This document shows, one piece after another, positions 24,001-36,107 of a stretch of 64,000 nucleotides of DNA. The position numbers and the translations under genes are program-made. The first letter of the stretch is position 1, and the number at the start of each line of letters is the position of its first letter. Under the pieces are notes generated by a model. That model was given only the letters and a program-made list of their open reading frames with translations, was not told the DNA's origin and made no database searches. This DNA is from Stylophora pistillata (Eukaryota), in contig NW_019217911.1 of NCBI RefSeq assembly GCF_002571385.2, forward strand, positions 1-64,000, given 5' to 3'.

Positions 24001-24762
24001 ACGTTGGAACACGCCCTGAAAGAGGTGAAGAAAGCTCTTACCGAAATTTGGAAGTTTCCAGAAGATAAAAGAAAGAAAGCAATAAAGCGGCTATACCTCC
24101 GATGGCATCCAGACAAGAACATGGACATGCAAGACACTGCAAATGAAGTAATGAAGTTTATACAAAACGATGTCGACAGGTTATCAAAAGAAGGCGGTGC
24201 AAGACCACCACCGCCAGATTTTACGGACTTCTTCAAGCAATGGAATGAAAGAGCTCGACGAGAGCGCTCAAGCCACGAGAACTACCGCCGCCGCAACCCA
24301 CGATTTCCAGGTTTCGCATCACACTCGAGAAGAACCTACACGGCACCCAATCCACGCGTAGCGAAGATATGGATGCGTCAAAGCAAAGAAGACCTGCGCT
24401 CAGTAAAACATCTCTTGTCTTCCCGAGATCCACTTTACTACCTTGTCTGCTTTCAGTGTCATCAAATTGCGGAGAAATCTCTCAAAGCAGCTCTTTACGC
24501 TCTATCAGGAGTCGCAGACTGGCAGCTGAACTCTCACGACTTGGTTCTATTGGCACGTGATCTTTCACGACTTCCTAGAGCTCCAGATGTGACAGCGCAA
24601 GTAGCCAGGCTGTCGAACTATTTCGAAGGCACTCGATATCCTAACAAGCACGAGCCAGCTAAAGTGCCTGCGGAGGTGTTCCAAGATTCTCAGGAAGTAC
24701 AGGAATCGTTCAGACTGGCCACAGAAGTTTTGGAAGTACTAGAACAGTTTGTTGGAGCATAA
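12017..24762 (+). CDS. SACS: Sacsin giant terminal exon (rest of SRR1, SRR2 from ~15700, SRR3 from ~18780, J domain ~24010-24190, HEPN ~24350-24759); one in-frame TAA at 13291-13293
   Basis: ORFs 11989-13293 and 13312-24762 are in the same frame. Repeated KELxQNxDDA, GxFGxGF, TLFRFP and TGLPVHV(N/H)GxF motifs; LYLRWHPDKN; CFQCHQIAEKSLKA...SHDL...TRYP. Confidence 0.95.
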
Positions 24763-27700
24763 CACTGTTTATGACTCTCATTCAGACAGTATGACATTTC
24801 AAATACTGTTCAAAATGTTACACCTTTACTTTAGGCATTTGAAATCTTAGAAACAGTTAGAATAATTTAAGCTAGCTAACAGGAAGAACACTACTATCAA
24901 AGCTTTGTCGCATTGTACGACGTTAAATTTTGGCTAGATTGGACCAACGTTCCATAACATGATTCAAATATTCAATGAAGAGAGATTGGCGATTTATGAA
25001 TAACACTTCTTTTTTCACTAACTTTGTAGTACCCTAGTCGTTTTGTATTACCAATCTTTTACCAGTAATATTTTTCTGTAGTGACAACAGGGGCATGGCC
25101 AGGATTTTTCAAAGGGAGAGGGGGTGAGGAGGGGAGATGACTCTGTGTCTAAGAGAGAATACTCACCAGATTTCCATGTCGACCTTCACGCCGTGTAGTA
25201 CTTAATGTGGCGAAAGCGTCAAGATATCGTGATATCGTTCTCGCCACCTGATTATCGTAAGTTGTGGGCATATGCTTACCAATTAAAAGTCACGCGCACT
25301 CCAGAACCCACTCTAGCTACGCCGTTAAGTGGTTTGTAAGGCTTTGTTCATGGAAGTGTGTATTAGGTAACGAACGGCAGGCAAGTTTACAGTATTTTTT
25401 ACAATTCTCGGTCATCCTTTTGTTATTGTAAGGAAGTGGTAGTGTTGATTACAGTAAAGAAAAAGTTTTTCTCTACCAATTTGAAGTGAACCGTTTTCAT
25501 AAAACAAACACAAACAAAATTACCTCATAAGGTGACGTAGACTTTTCTAAGAGTTTTTAATATTTTGTAGTTTTCCGAAGTAATAGGAACACATGCGTAT
25601 GTTATTGCCATAGCAGATAAACAGGATTCCTTGCCTTTATATTTTTCATGTCAAGGGAAAACGTTTTCAAGTCTATTTTAACGAGAGTTAGTCAAAAATA
25701 TGAACATTAAACTCTCAAGAGCCTTAAAATTGATATTTTATAGTTAAGATTAATTAATAGAAATGTGTAAACTTCTACTATCCATTTAAATAGGATATGA
25801 ATCTTGTATCAAGATTTGTTCCCTTGAAAAATTACCGCCTAGTATTCTGCTAGCACAGTGGCTTCCTTTCCTTTGAAAGTTATAAGTACTGTTTCCATGC
25901 CTCATCGTAAAACTCGTGAGTGTTTAGAGAATTATTCTATGGCTTCATTTTCTGGGAGTTGGACAGAGGAGAAGGCCTCATTTGGGTTAAAGCGTAGGTT
26001 GTCTCTCCAAACGTGTATAACTCCTTCCCAATTTTTTTCCGAGATTTGTCACTGACATTCGTTTTTGAGTAAAGAAAAAAAAAAATTCTACTGGAGCAAA
26101 ATGGAATAAAGCAAAAGGAATTCTTCAGTGGAAACAGTAAGCTTCAATAAGTCCACAACCACAGGAATGAAAGTAAAACTATTTCCTTCATGCCACAATG
26201 AACAGTATCACACTTTGCCGAAAAAAATCCTTTCATTCTGATATTTGATCACCACTTCACTGCAAGGGATATCAAATGATTTTTAGGCTGCAAGGATAAA
26301 GCTGGTTGAAAGTAATTGGACTGAGTGGATTACCAAACTGTGACAAAAATCTGGCGAGAAATTTGTTTCTTGACAATGTAGACTTGATTAAGAGTAAAAG
26401 TTTGAAGCAAAGAGAAAATTTGAGCTTAATCATAGAGCATGATGTGGTTTATTTGGAATTGGATAGCATATGGTCAAGTGTTAATTAACACCAATTGAAA
26501 CCCATGAGAAGACAAAGTGGTTCTGAGCACACAATACCCAAACCCAACATTAATTTGTTGTAAGAATTTTTCTACTGTGCACCATATTAAAAATCAGGGC
26601 AGGGTGGTACTTCTTTCACCTTAAAACCATAACCTTACTTCTATACACTCTGCAATGTTATTCTGAGAAAATTACAGGGAAACTCAGTTAAACATTTGTG
26701 ATGGTTTAACTTTTTAAGCTACATTTTGAAGGTGCAACTTGTGTTTGGGTATTCCCTGAAAGCCTCATCTCATGTTGTTTGTGGCAAATCCCTGAGCAAC
26801 TTTAGATAACCAATACCACCCCTCAATATTCCAAGCTCGTTTACAAAAGTAACACAGCTGCATAACAATCTATTTTTCTTTTGATAAAAATGACCTTGTA
26901 AAAGTAAACATAACTTCCCTATGATAGATTAAAGCTTGCCCTTTAAGGATGCAGTGTGGGTAAAATCTCCACAGATAGTAAGAGGATGGCACTCGTAGCT
27001 ATAAGGGAGGCAAGCAAGGCATCTCTGTTCCACAACCAAGTGAACATTGGATCTGCACTGTTACGACTCCTGCTGGAGTTCCCACTGAAAAGAATGGTCT
27101 TCATTGTTTAATGCTACAACAACTGGTATTCAGGTGTTCCTATTATCTCCAGATATGCTACAGAGAACCATTGCTAAGCTAGTTTAAAGTATGTGAACCA
27201 AAACAAAGTCCAGAGGACAACACTGTCAAAGTATTCAAGTATATATTACTAAATCTCAGTCTTGAATACCGGTAAGTTCAACATCCAATTGCAGTTGTTC
27301 TCACTGTATGCTTAAAAAGTGTAGAATCAAATTATTTCCTAGACGTCATCATATGAACAGATCACATTTTGATAAAACCTCACAGGAAGAGCAAAGGAAC
27401 AGGTAAAAAAAAAAAAAAACAAAAAAACAAAGAGCAAAATTAAAAAGGTATTTTATTTGTAAACAAAACATGATCAGTTGTTCCTTCTGCTACTTTGATG
27501 GGAAGTGATGTTAATAAATCTTGTGAAATACATGACCTGCCCAAAATGTTGATGGAAGCAAACGGATGTCTTTATGGAGTTTTCAGAATGGCAATATGTA
27601 ATCAATACCTACATCTGATTGATAGAGATGGTTACTGATACATCCTCTTTTAAAAGAGGATTTTCTTTATACTTGGTTTGTCTGTGTATTTACTGCTTCT

Positions 27701-28260
27701 CCAGTTAACACAACAGTGTTATTAATTTCAACTTATGTAATGTTTTCTTTAGAGTGAATAAAAATAATGAATAGGAACATTTGGTTATTATTTACACCCT
27801 ACAATAGGGATAGAACTCACAAGGAAATTGATCAGAGTTAAGAATTACTTTTTGACAATTAGCTCTACTGTGAATTATTTCAAACTGATTTCTAAAAAGG
27901 CCTCTCTTTCAGACCCACTTGTCGCACTGCATAAGCTTAAATATTTCTGCATAAGTATTTCTGCACTGCATCAGCTTAAGTATTTCTGAAAATGGAAAGT
28001 CTGCAACGAAGAGGTTGACTATGCAGACTGAAAAAGGGGTTGTTTGGTAAACACTAGGGTTAGTCAGAGTTTGTGCAGCAAACACCCTCCCTCGTTATAA
28101 CAAAGAGAATGATTGAGTACTCCCACTTTCAACTCTAGAGGCAGGAAGAATTTTCTCTCATTCCAAGGGAATGAAGCTTTTCCCAACAGCACATCAGCAT
28201 CCTCAGTTTTTTTTTATCTCTGCATCTTCCAACTGGTGTTGTTGACATCTCAGATTTCAA

Positions 28261-29883
28261 CTATTTTGTCTCCTTGACAAAAGCTTCTGCAAACACTGGT
28301 AGGTTTCTGTAATTTTTCAGCAGCTCACTGTTGAAATAATACACAGAGAGGGAAATGCTTCAAGTGCTTTGCTTGCCATGAAAAGCTGAAGGGGCACGTA
28401 TTTTATTATCATCATCATTATTATTATTATTATTATTATCATCATCATTATTATTATCATTGAGAAATCTCAATACAAGGCTCTATGTTACAGAGGCCAT
28501 GTGCATCATTTTTGCATATTGTAAAGCCTACAAGCACAGTCTAACAATCATGTTTCGTGAAATTTTGATAAACCTACTCTCACTTTCTAGAAAGGAGTGT
28601 ACATAGGAATGACAGATGAGGAATGTAAGGCACATACACTCTTTAATACCTTTGGAAATCTAAAAAAAACAATTGACATCCATGTGCCCAGTATATTTGC
28701 AGAAATCAACTGGTGTGACTGACATCTAACTACTTTGCCAATAAAAACTAAAATCAAATACATTATTTGTCTCAAAGGAAAAGTAAAACCTCAACTTTGC
28801 TCTATTTTATGCCAAACCTGCAGAATATGCCCGAAGTACAAGCCAAAGCGTAGGGAGAGAACATGAAATGCAGGAAATTTAGCAAATCCTGTAATTTAAG
28901 TGCAGTTTTCACACCTGTGTTGTTAGCAACACTTCAGAACAGTTTATGTTTATTTCAGACAATCATTTTGTTTAGTGTTTTCCTATACATAGCCACAGAG
29001 ATTGTTCCAATTAGCTCAAATCTCTTAAAGGTCACAAGACAGAGAGGCATTATGTCCAAAACTCATCATCGATAAATAAAGAATCCGAATAATAAGCATA
29101 TTTTGCTGTTTTGATTTATGAAACTTTTCCCTGTTCTTCAGAACCACTAATTAAAATAAAACATCATTGGTTAGATTATGACATATTCATAGAATATGAT
29201 AAATAAATATATAATTTTCTTGTTTTACAATATAAACTTCAAGAAAAAGAAGTACACTATACCACTTTAAAACCATAAGCTACTAACGAAAGGTTGAACG
29301 AATAGTCACATTGTTATCTATTCCAAGCTTTCCTGAGCATATATGTACTCACCATTTTTCAGTGTACTGGGTTTTACACTTAATTAATAGTTCCTTCTGT
29401 TCTTCACAGCTCATTTCTATCCCTGGTATCTTGTCTAACAACGCTCTGCAGTGTTGCAACTTCGCACGGAAACCATTAACCTACAACAACATGTAATTTC
29501 AAACAATGCATTGGCAAATTAAAGCTTTGAAACTTTTGCTTTTAAAGCGTCAAAATTGAAATTCGGTACTGCACAGGCATATCAAACAAAAAATCGTAAA
29601 ATTTCACTAATCTTGTGCCCCAAATCACATCAAAAAGGTACAATTTTAATTGCAACGATTTTCTTGGGACACTAGTTAGTACTTACACACTAGACTGAGT
29701 ATTTTGACTTGATTATAATGAGACGATTCTCTCTCAAAACCGAAATGGAAAACATATTAATACCTTCTTTGTAAACTCCTGGGGATCGTTTGTCTTCTGC
29801 AGCGCCTGAATAGTTTCGAATATTATCGGGAGAAGATTAAACTCCTTCGCTACATCGATTTCTTCAGTTTCGCTGGCAGCCAT
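28261..29883 (-). CDS. MED9: Mediator complex subunit 9; exons 29883-29764, 29480-29353, 28327-28261 (104 aa)
   Basis: Spliced peptide ...FNLLPIIFETIQAL...KLQHCRALLDKIPGIEMSCEEQ...KCELLKNYRNLPVF resembles MED9 (LP..., PGI.xS.E.Q, K.ELL..Y). GT-AG introns of phase 0 and 2. Confidence 0.85.
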
Positions 29884-32800
29884 GTTGATGGCAGCTGTCA
29901 TTTCCAGTCCACTACACGAAGGTAGGTTTTTTATTGGTCCGCAGAAAAACAGGCTACCAAGCGCTGAAATCTTTTGCAACATGTACAGGCTAACCAAGTA
30001 TTTCCACTGAAAGTCTCCGGTATTCGCTCTTCTTTATTCGCCCCTAAAAAAATATATTTTTGATAATTCCTCAAAGACCCCACAATCTTTCCACAAATAT
30101 CAAAAACATGGCTTTGATTGAGAGTTGAAGGGCATTGGAAGTGTTCCAAGGGCAATTTTAAAATGGTGAAAAAGAAAATCATATATGTGAACGCCGTTTT
30201 TAAGAAATGAATGTGAAAGCGATTCTCACAGTAATGAACTCTACTTCACTACTGCTTAAGTAGTGTTCATTACTGCAAGGATCGCTTTCATATTCATTTG
30301 GTGAAAAGGAGTTTCAAAAGATCCTTTTGAAACAAAAGCAGGGTACCCTTGGAATTTTTTGAAAAAAAAAGCACCTTTTTATGCCTGATTCTAACTTTAT
30401 TCATGAGTGTTCTCTAAGTCTACTTCTCTAAGTTTTGTTTCTTTTCTAAACTGGAAATAAGTGTATTTCAATTTTGTACAAAGAGGAACACTATTTGTCT
30501 AGAACAGGATCAACACAGATATGAACCTCCAGAAGTCACCAAATTTTCTCTATAAAAGTGACTTTAAAAAGCCCTAACAGATACTTGAAATATTATAATA
30601 CTAGTATTTCCTAACTTTCCTGTTATTATTTGGCTTCATTACATAGCATCTTGCATGGACTTTCTTGGAAACAACGGAACGCCAATCTGACAGAGGAGCC
30701 TTTTGCTGCAATTTTAGTTAGCATTTGGCCAGGGAGAAATTCTTCTTGCCAGGTACACAGCATGCTGCCTAAATAGAAAGTTGCCACTGTTTAAGGTATT
30801 TTCAAGAAATACGTGAAATCAGGTGGATGTGCGTGGTTATGGTGGCTGGCAAAATAAAAAAAAAAAGAAAGAAATAAAGCATTGAAATCTTTGGAACTTG
30901 GCAAATCTCAATGAACTTGCCTGTGCGGAAATGATAGTGTACCTCTTACAAGGGCAGTCATTTTCTAAAATGGGAATGACAGTATGTGATGTAAGGATTG
31001 AAAATGTATTTTCAAACAGAGTAAAATATATCTGCTGCTTCTATCAGACAAGAGGGTTACCAGCTCAGAAATCCTCTGCAGGTGCTATGCTGTTTGGATG
31101 ATTCATCATTGTTGAGTAAGGGTGATCTTCCATGTTTAGTACACTGTTTTTTTGCATGGTTTCCCATTCTCGTATGTTCTTTGACTCTGAGATGTGATTA
31201 ACATGTAACTTCTCACTTCAAGATATAACTAATATGTAACTTCTCCCAATGTCCACACAAGTGGGTGGTGAGAATACTCAAAACTTATTATCTTGATCAC
31301 AGCCATCGTGCTTGGTTAATAAGATATATGAATCGCCCCTTCTATTTAAAAAAATTACTAATTATAACCTGGCTTTATAATTTATATTCTACATTGTAGT
31401 GTTACTATTTTCTTATGTTTAATGATGCAGTTGTATATACGAGTTTTAAGTGGCTGTCTTTTTCTGGAAATGTTATTAATTTATGTTTAAGCTTTATTTG
31501 TACTCTATCACCACTACTGTACCTCTAATTCTAGCCCGCCTCGACTAGCTCCTGCTATTTGCAGGCATGAACGGTCTTCATGAAATTGAAAGTGTAAATT
31601 AGATCAATAATAATTAGTTTAATTAAATTAATTAGATTAATTTGTAATTTCTTATTAATCTTTCTTCTTATTAAGCTTCAATAAACTTCAAACTTCAAAC
31701 TTCAAACTTCATGTATGATTAAGTTTCACCACATCACAACCCCCTGGCTCCAATGTTGTCATAATACATTTTTCATTGCAGACCAATCCTTAAATAAAAC
31801 ATTTGAAGTTAACTTTTAATCCGTGTTTGTGCCTACTTAGAGTAAATGTTTAGCTTGCTATCATTTCAAACATGTCCTCTTGAAGTAAAGGTTGCATAAT
31901 TGGTTATGCTTCAAAGCAGTTACCTCTCTTGACAAACCAGGCCTTCGAGCTGAGCATGTGAAATCTTCGCTTTCTCTCTTGTATGATTTGTTTATCCGAA
32001 GTCACAATGCATGGAGATTAGATAGAACGCACTTTGTCCTTATAACTTAGACTGAAGATGCACTCAAAAATATTACTGGAAGAACCATTTTCACTTCGAA
32101 TACTTTAATTTATGAAAATGCTGGATTACATAGACATGGCTGAAACACTAGAGCTGTTATTTGAGAAAATTTCAGATTACTTCCTCCCTAATCGGCTAAA
32201 TAAAAAAATCCTGCGAAGACACCTCCCAAGTAAGTGACGAACACGAATATCTCGCACGTTACCATTTATAATCCTCTCATCAAAGATCAAACATTCCGAA
32301 CAACAATAATGTCAGTCCTTTAATACAATGAAGTAAGTAAAATACAATATTCCATTATGTAGCTTTACCTCAATTCTCTCTCGATGCAACCCGAAAGAGC
32401 TTAAATGTAGAATAATTGAACTTATTTATTTCCAGCAAGATTTACAAGTACGTGATATTTCACAATTGAAAAGCTTCGATCAACCGTAGGGTAGGAACAA
32501 ATTCACTCTAAACATAATCACTTGCGTTCGTTATATCAGAGAATACACTGAAAGAAATTGCTTGACCTCCTTAGGTGGCACATCCACCCATTACAACAAT
32601 GAATCACGAAACAGCAAAACCACGGGTCGCCGCTATGCGTTTCCTGACACTCTTCCATTTTCCACTATTATTTGAAGAAGATTGCGGATCAAAATGTATT
32701 CGCTTTACCAAGATGAAGAGATCACTAGTGATCAGTTCCAAAAATGGCATAATCGCAGTGTTTAAAGCCATAAAATACCACGGGAAAAGCTGTAATGAGT

Positions 32801-32909
32801 AAGACTGAAAGAGAAACAAAAGGTCACATCGAGTGATATACCCAAACTGTCTATTGAACTTGCATCTCAATTGGACTTTAATGCGCGAGGCTTTGTACAC
32901 ACTACTGTT

Positions 32910-33125
32910 CTAAATCAAAGTACAAGAGCCCCGTTCTTTAAACGGGTTTTGGTTTCCAGGAACTCCCGTAACAAGCGGGTCATCTCGCTGAATTTTCTCC
33001 ACGTAGGTTTTCAGTTCGTTAGCTGCCTCTGACACTTTGATGCGATTAACTTTCAGTTCTGTTCTAAGTTGATCCACGGTGATTCTCTGAATTCTGAGGG
33101 TCTCTGTTGTTGTGGCGTAGGACAT
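32910..33125 (-). CDS. Heterotrimeric G-protein gamma subunit (71 aa, intronless CDS)
   Basis: VDQLRTEL..RIKVSEAA...DPLVTGV...NPFKE, with C-terminal CaaX CTLI. Confidence 0.93.
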   Translation of the reverse strand: MSYATTTETLRIQRITVDQLRTELKVNRIKVSEAANELKTYVEKIQRDDPLVTGVPGNQNPFKERGSCTLI

Positions 33126-35399
33126 TGCTGCAAGGATTAAGTACCAGAATTTGCTCGCCCGATAAATGTAACTTCTGATCCTCTTGGTCTTTCGCTTTCG
33201 AATTTTCCCTGAAACCTTCCGACTCGCACTAATCTTGTCACTGTGAAACAGAAGCCGCAAGTGAGAAGGGTGAGGTTATTTCCGAGCATGAGCAGTAAAG
33301 CAAACGACTGAAAACGCTTTGTTTTCGGTCACGTCCGGAGCTTGTCGACGATTCCGATCAAAATACTCGGACGTTGGATTTTAAAATTTGAGTCATGCGG
33401 TTCATTTGCTATTTTTATAATATTTTGACGGGAGTTCTTTAAAATATATCTATGCTAAAGGATTATCTTGAAAATCTTTGAAATTTCACTGAGCCACTGT
33501 AAGCTTTATTTCACCCCTTAAAATTCAATTTTCTACTTTGAAAAACATTGATACATGTAGTTATATGGACCATGATATGGACAATCTAATTGAACAATCT
33601 CAAAAATGAGAAAGTCACAACCAGTACAATCAACATGTAAGTCTGATGAAAGAAGCAGCAGCAGTCCAAGAAACTGAAGGATTTGCATTAGCAAGGTACG
33701 GTCTGTCAAGTGGTAGAAACCATATCCCTTCCCAGCCCTTTATATTTCTCATCTCTCCATTAAACCATTTACATCTTAACATCAGTATGCATATTCTCCA
33801 TACCCTCTCTACACATTTCCTGAGGTGCTGACGAGGAGGATTTGTTTTACAGTTTAGAGCTTCCTTAGTTGGTGATCATTCCCTTTATTCTCGTGGCCTA
33901 CATGTGTGACTCAGGGCTGATATTGTAAGGAGAAATTAGATGCTAGTCACTCTTAACAGTTCAAAGGTTTGAATCTGGGGACAAGTAATGTCTCAGATGC
34001 TATTTTAGTGTAGAAAGGTAATAAGAAAAAAAAGATATCGAATGTCTGATAGTTTTTTATTTCACATCAAATTTGTAAAGCAGACATGATAAGAAATTAA
34101 AGATAATAAAAGCAAAAAAATTACATTTGGATCTTCCAAGTTATGGTGTTAAATGGGGTTAACAATAAGCAAGTTAACTTCACCCTTTTTTTCAAGCTTA
34201 TCTTGTGATCTAAGCTTCTAATGCAGTTAGCAAAAAAACAAAACAAAACAAAGCAAAGCAAAAGAAAGCTGTCACATAGTTTCATCTCAGAGGAGAGTCT
34301 TTATTAACCCAGTTGAGAACCAAATAGTGTCTACAATGCAACAATTTTGGTTTCAATCTCAATATAACGATATCAAACAAATAAGATATAACAATATTAT
34401 ACCATGACTTAATGTAATATTTTCTCCTTGAATGCTGTTACTTAAAGGGGTTATGCCACAGAAATAAATATATAAATCTGTTTATTTTCTTCTGGAAAGC
34501 TCTATCAGTTTTTGACACTGAAAAACATAGTTTTAAATGAATAGAGCTGAAAACATCATCTGAGCAAGATGGAAAAAAACACAAGAGTTGGTCTCGTGCC
34601 TCTTTTTTCTTAGTTTTAACCACTTTTTTTCCAAGTTATTTTGATCTTGTGGTAATAATATATCATAACCACTCACTACCTCACGATAAAACTAAACCTG
34701 CAAAGCATTGCCCCTTTAAAATAATCAACCTCATTTTGCACAGTTTTGTTCCAAATGGCCCATTTGGGCAAAAAAAGAGATGATTTAAAAAAAACTACAA
34801 AGCTACAGCACATGCCGTCAACATAAGTATATATTAATGTATTTCTGAGATACCTATTCGATCTACCTTAACAGAAAGTTGGCTTGAGATACATTTCAGT
34901 TTCCATAAAACATCGGTTGCACACAATGATTCCAATATTGATAAAGATATACTGGAGATCAGCCCGGATGGTTATCCTAGAAATAGAGTCAAATAATGTC
35001 AAAATGGCTGCACGTTGCTAGACAGATGTTCTTTGTTTACAAAGGGGTCATTTTGACCGCATAATTTCGTATCCCAGCTCGAAATACAGTTCATGTTGAC
35101 GAGTTTTCCAACACGAAACTCAGATGAGAAGCAAAGCGTCCTCTATCACTAATCGTTGATTAAATAAATAAAAAGTAATGATTCCAAGAAGTAGCAATTA
35201 AAAAAAAAACCGATATTTAAGAAAGTCGAAGTCTCGGCAGATCTGCATGCAATGTAGAAGCAAACTACAGAAAGAGAAAGTGTCCATGCTTGCAGTGTCA
35301 AAAAACTTGAACTATTGCCGTAGCCTTTGCATCTTTCCAATCTCACATGCAATCCAACGAACTTTGAAAATAATCCAAGCCAACGACAGTCTCTTTGGG

Positions 35400-35600
35400 C
35401 TAAAATAAAAGGCAGGAAGACTTCTCCTTGTAGGGATTCACCGAGCTAGTCACTCCCGTAACCAGAGGATCGGACTGAAGATTTTGCTCCACATATTTAG
35501 TAAGTGCAGCTGCCGTGGTCGAAATCGGCGTTCGTTCCAAGCTTGCTTCTGCCCGTAACTGTTCTACGTACATTTTACTGACACTTGCTGGAGCAGCCAT
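35400..35600 (-). CDS. Heterotrimeric G-protein gamma subunit (66 aa, intronless CDS)
   Basis: VEQLRAEA..ER..IS...DPLVTGV...NPYKEK, with CaaX CLLF. Confidence 0.92.
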   Translation of the reverse strand: MAAPASVSKMYVEQLRAEASLERTPISTTAAALTKYVEQNLQSDPLVTGVTSSVNPYKEKSSCLLF

Positions 35601-36107
35601 GATAATCTTACTTCAGACGGCGACAGATATCACCTGGATCAACTCTACGAATGATTCTGAATGCACAAGTTTGGCGAAACCACAAGGCCCTAGAAAGCGA
35701 TAATAAATTAGTCATAACTTTGTAGCCACCCTTTTGGTACTCTTAGGGGTAGAGACAGTGATATCCCCAAAAGGCTTTTCGACTGTGTTCTTCCAAGCTA
35801 AAAAGGTTTTGTTTTAATTTTTAATTACAACATTATCAATAAAGACAGTTTAAAACTTCTATATCTCCCAGAAATTGTGCCAATTTACCTCGTGAACTTT
35901 TTTTCAAAGGAAAAAATAAAATAAAAATGATGATAATTAAAAAAAAAATTAAAGTAACTTGAACGTGTAATCTCGCACCAGTCGGTTCGCAGTATATTGG
36001 TCTGACTGGCAGTACTTTCACGTGCGCTCGTTATTACTCTCCCATTTGCGCTCACTGAACAACTTTAGTCACGGATTCATATTATTTTCCCCGATAATCA
36101 TTCGATT

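Larger units (their letters stand above)
1520..24762 (+). pseudogene. GT4 glycosyltransferase - TRADD-N-like - sacsin (SRR x3, J domain, HEPN) fusion gene. Exons 1520-2750, 4757-5278, 6151-6252, 7868-7969, 8791-8885, 11484-11748, 12017-24762. In-frame stops at 4819-4821 and 13291-13293.
   Basis: All six introns are GT-AG with compatible phases (1,1,1,1,0,1). Summed CDS is 15063 nt = 5021 codons with no frameshift. The sacsin start motif is split across exons ([27 protein letters not shown]|EIIQNADDA), and the 8791 exon opens at a phase-1 acceptor with no in-frame ATG. Typed as pseudogene because of the two nonsense codons; it could be a null allele or consensus error. Confidence 0.72.

Noticed and set aside
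12035-24560. Many 60-130-aa alternate-frame and antisense ORFs
   Set aside because: Shadows of the long sacsin coding exon; no independent motifs.
33126-33260. 45-aa N-terminal extension of the G-gamma ORF
   Set aside because: It begins at a non-ATG codon; homology and typical size start at the ATG at 33125.
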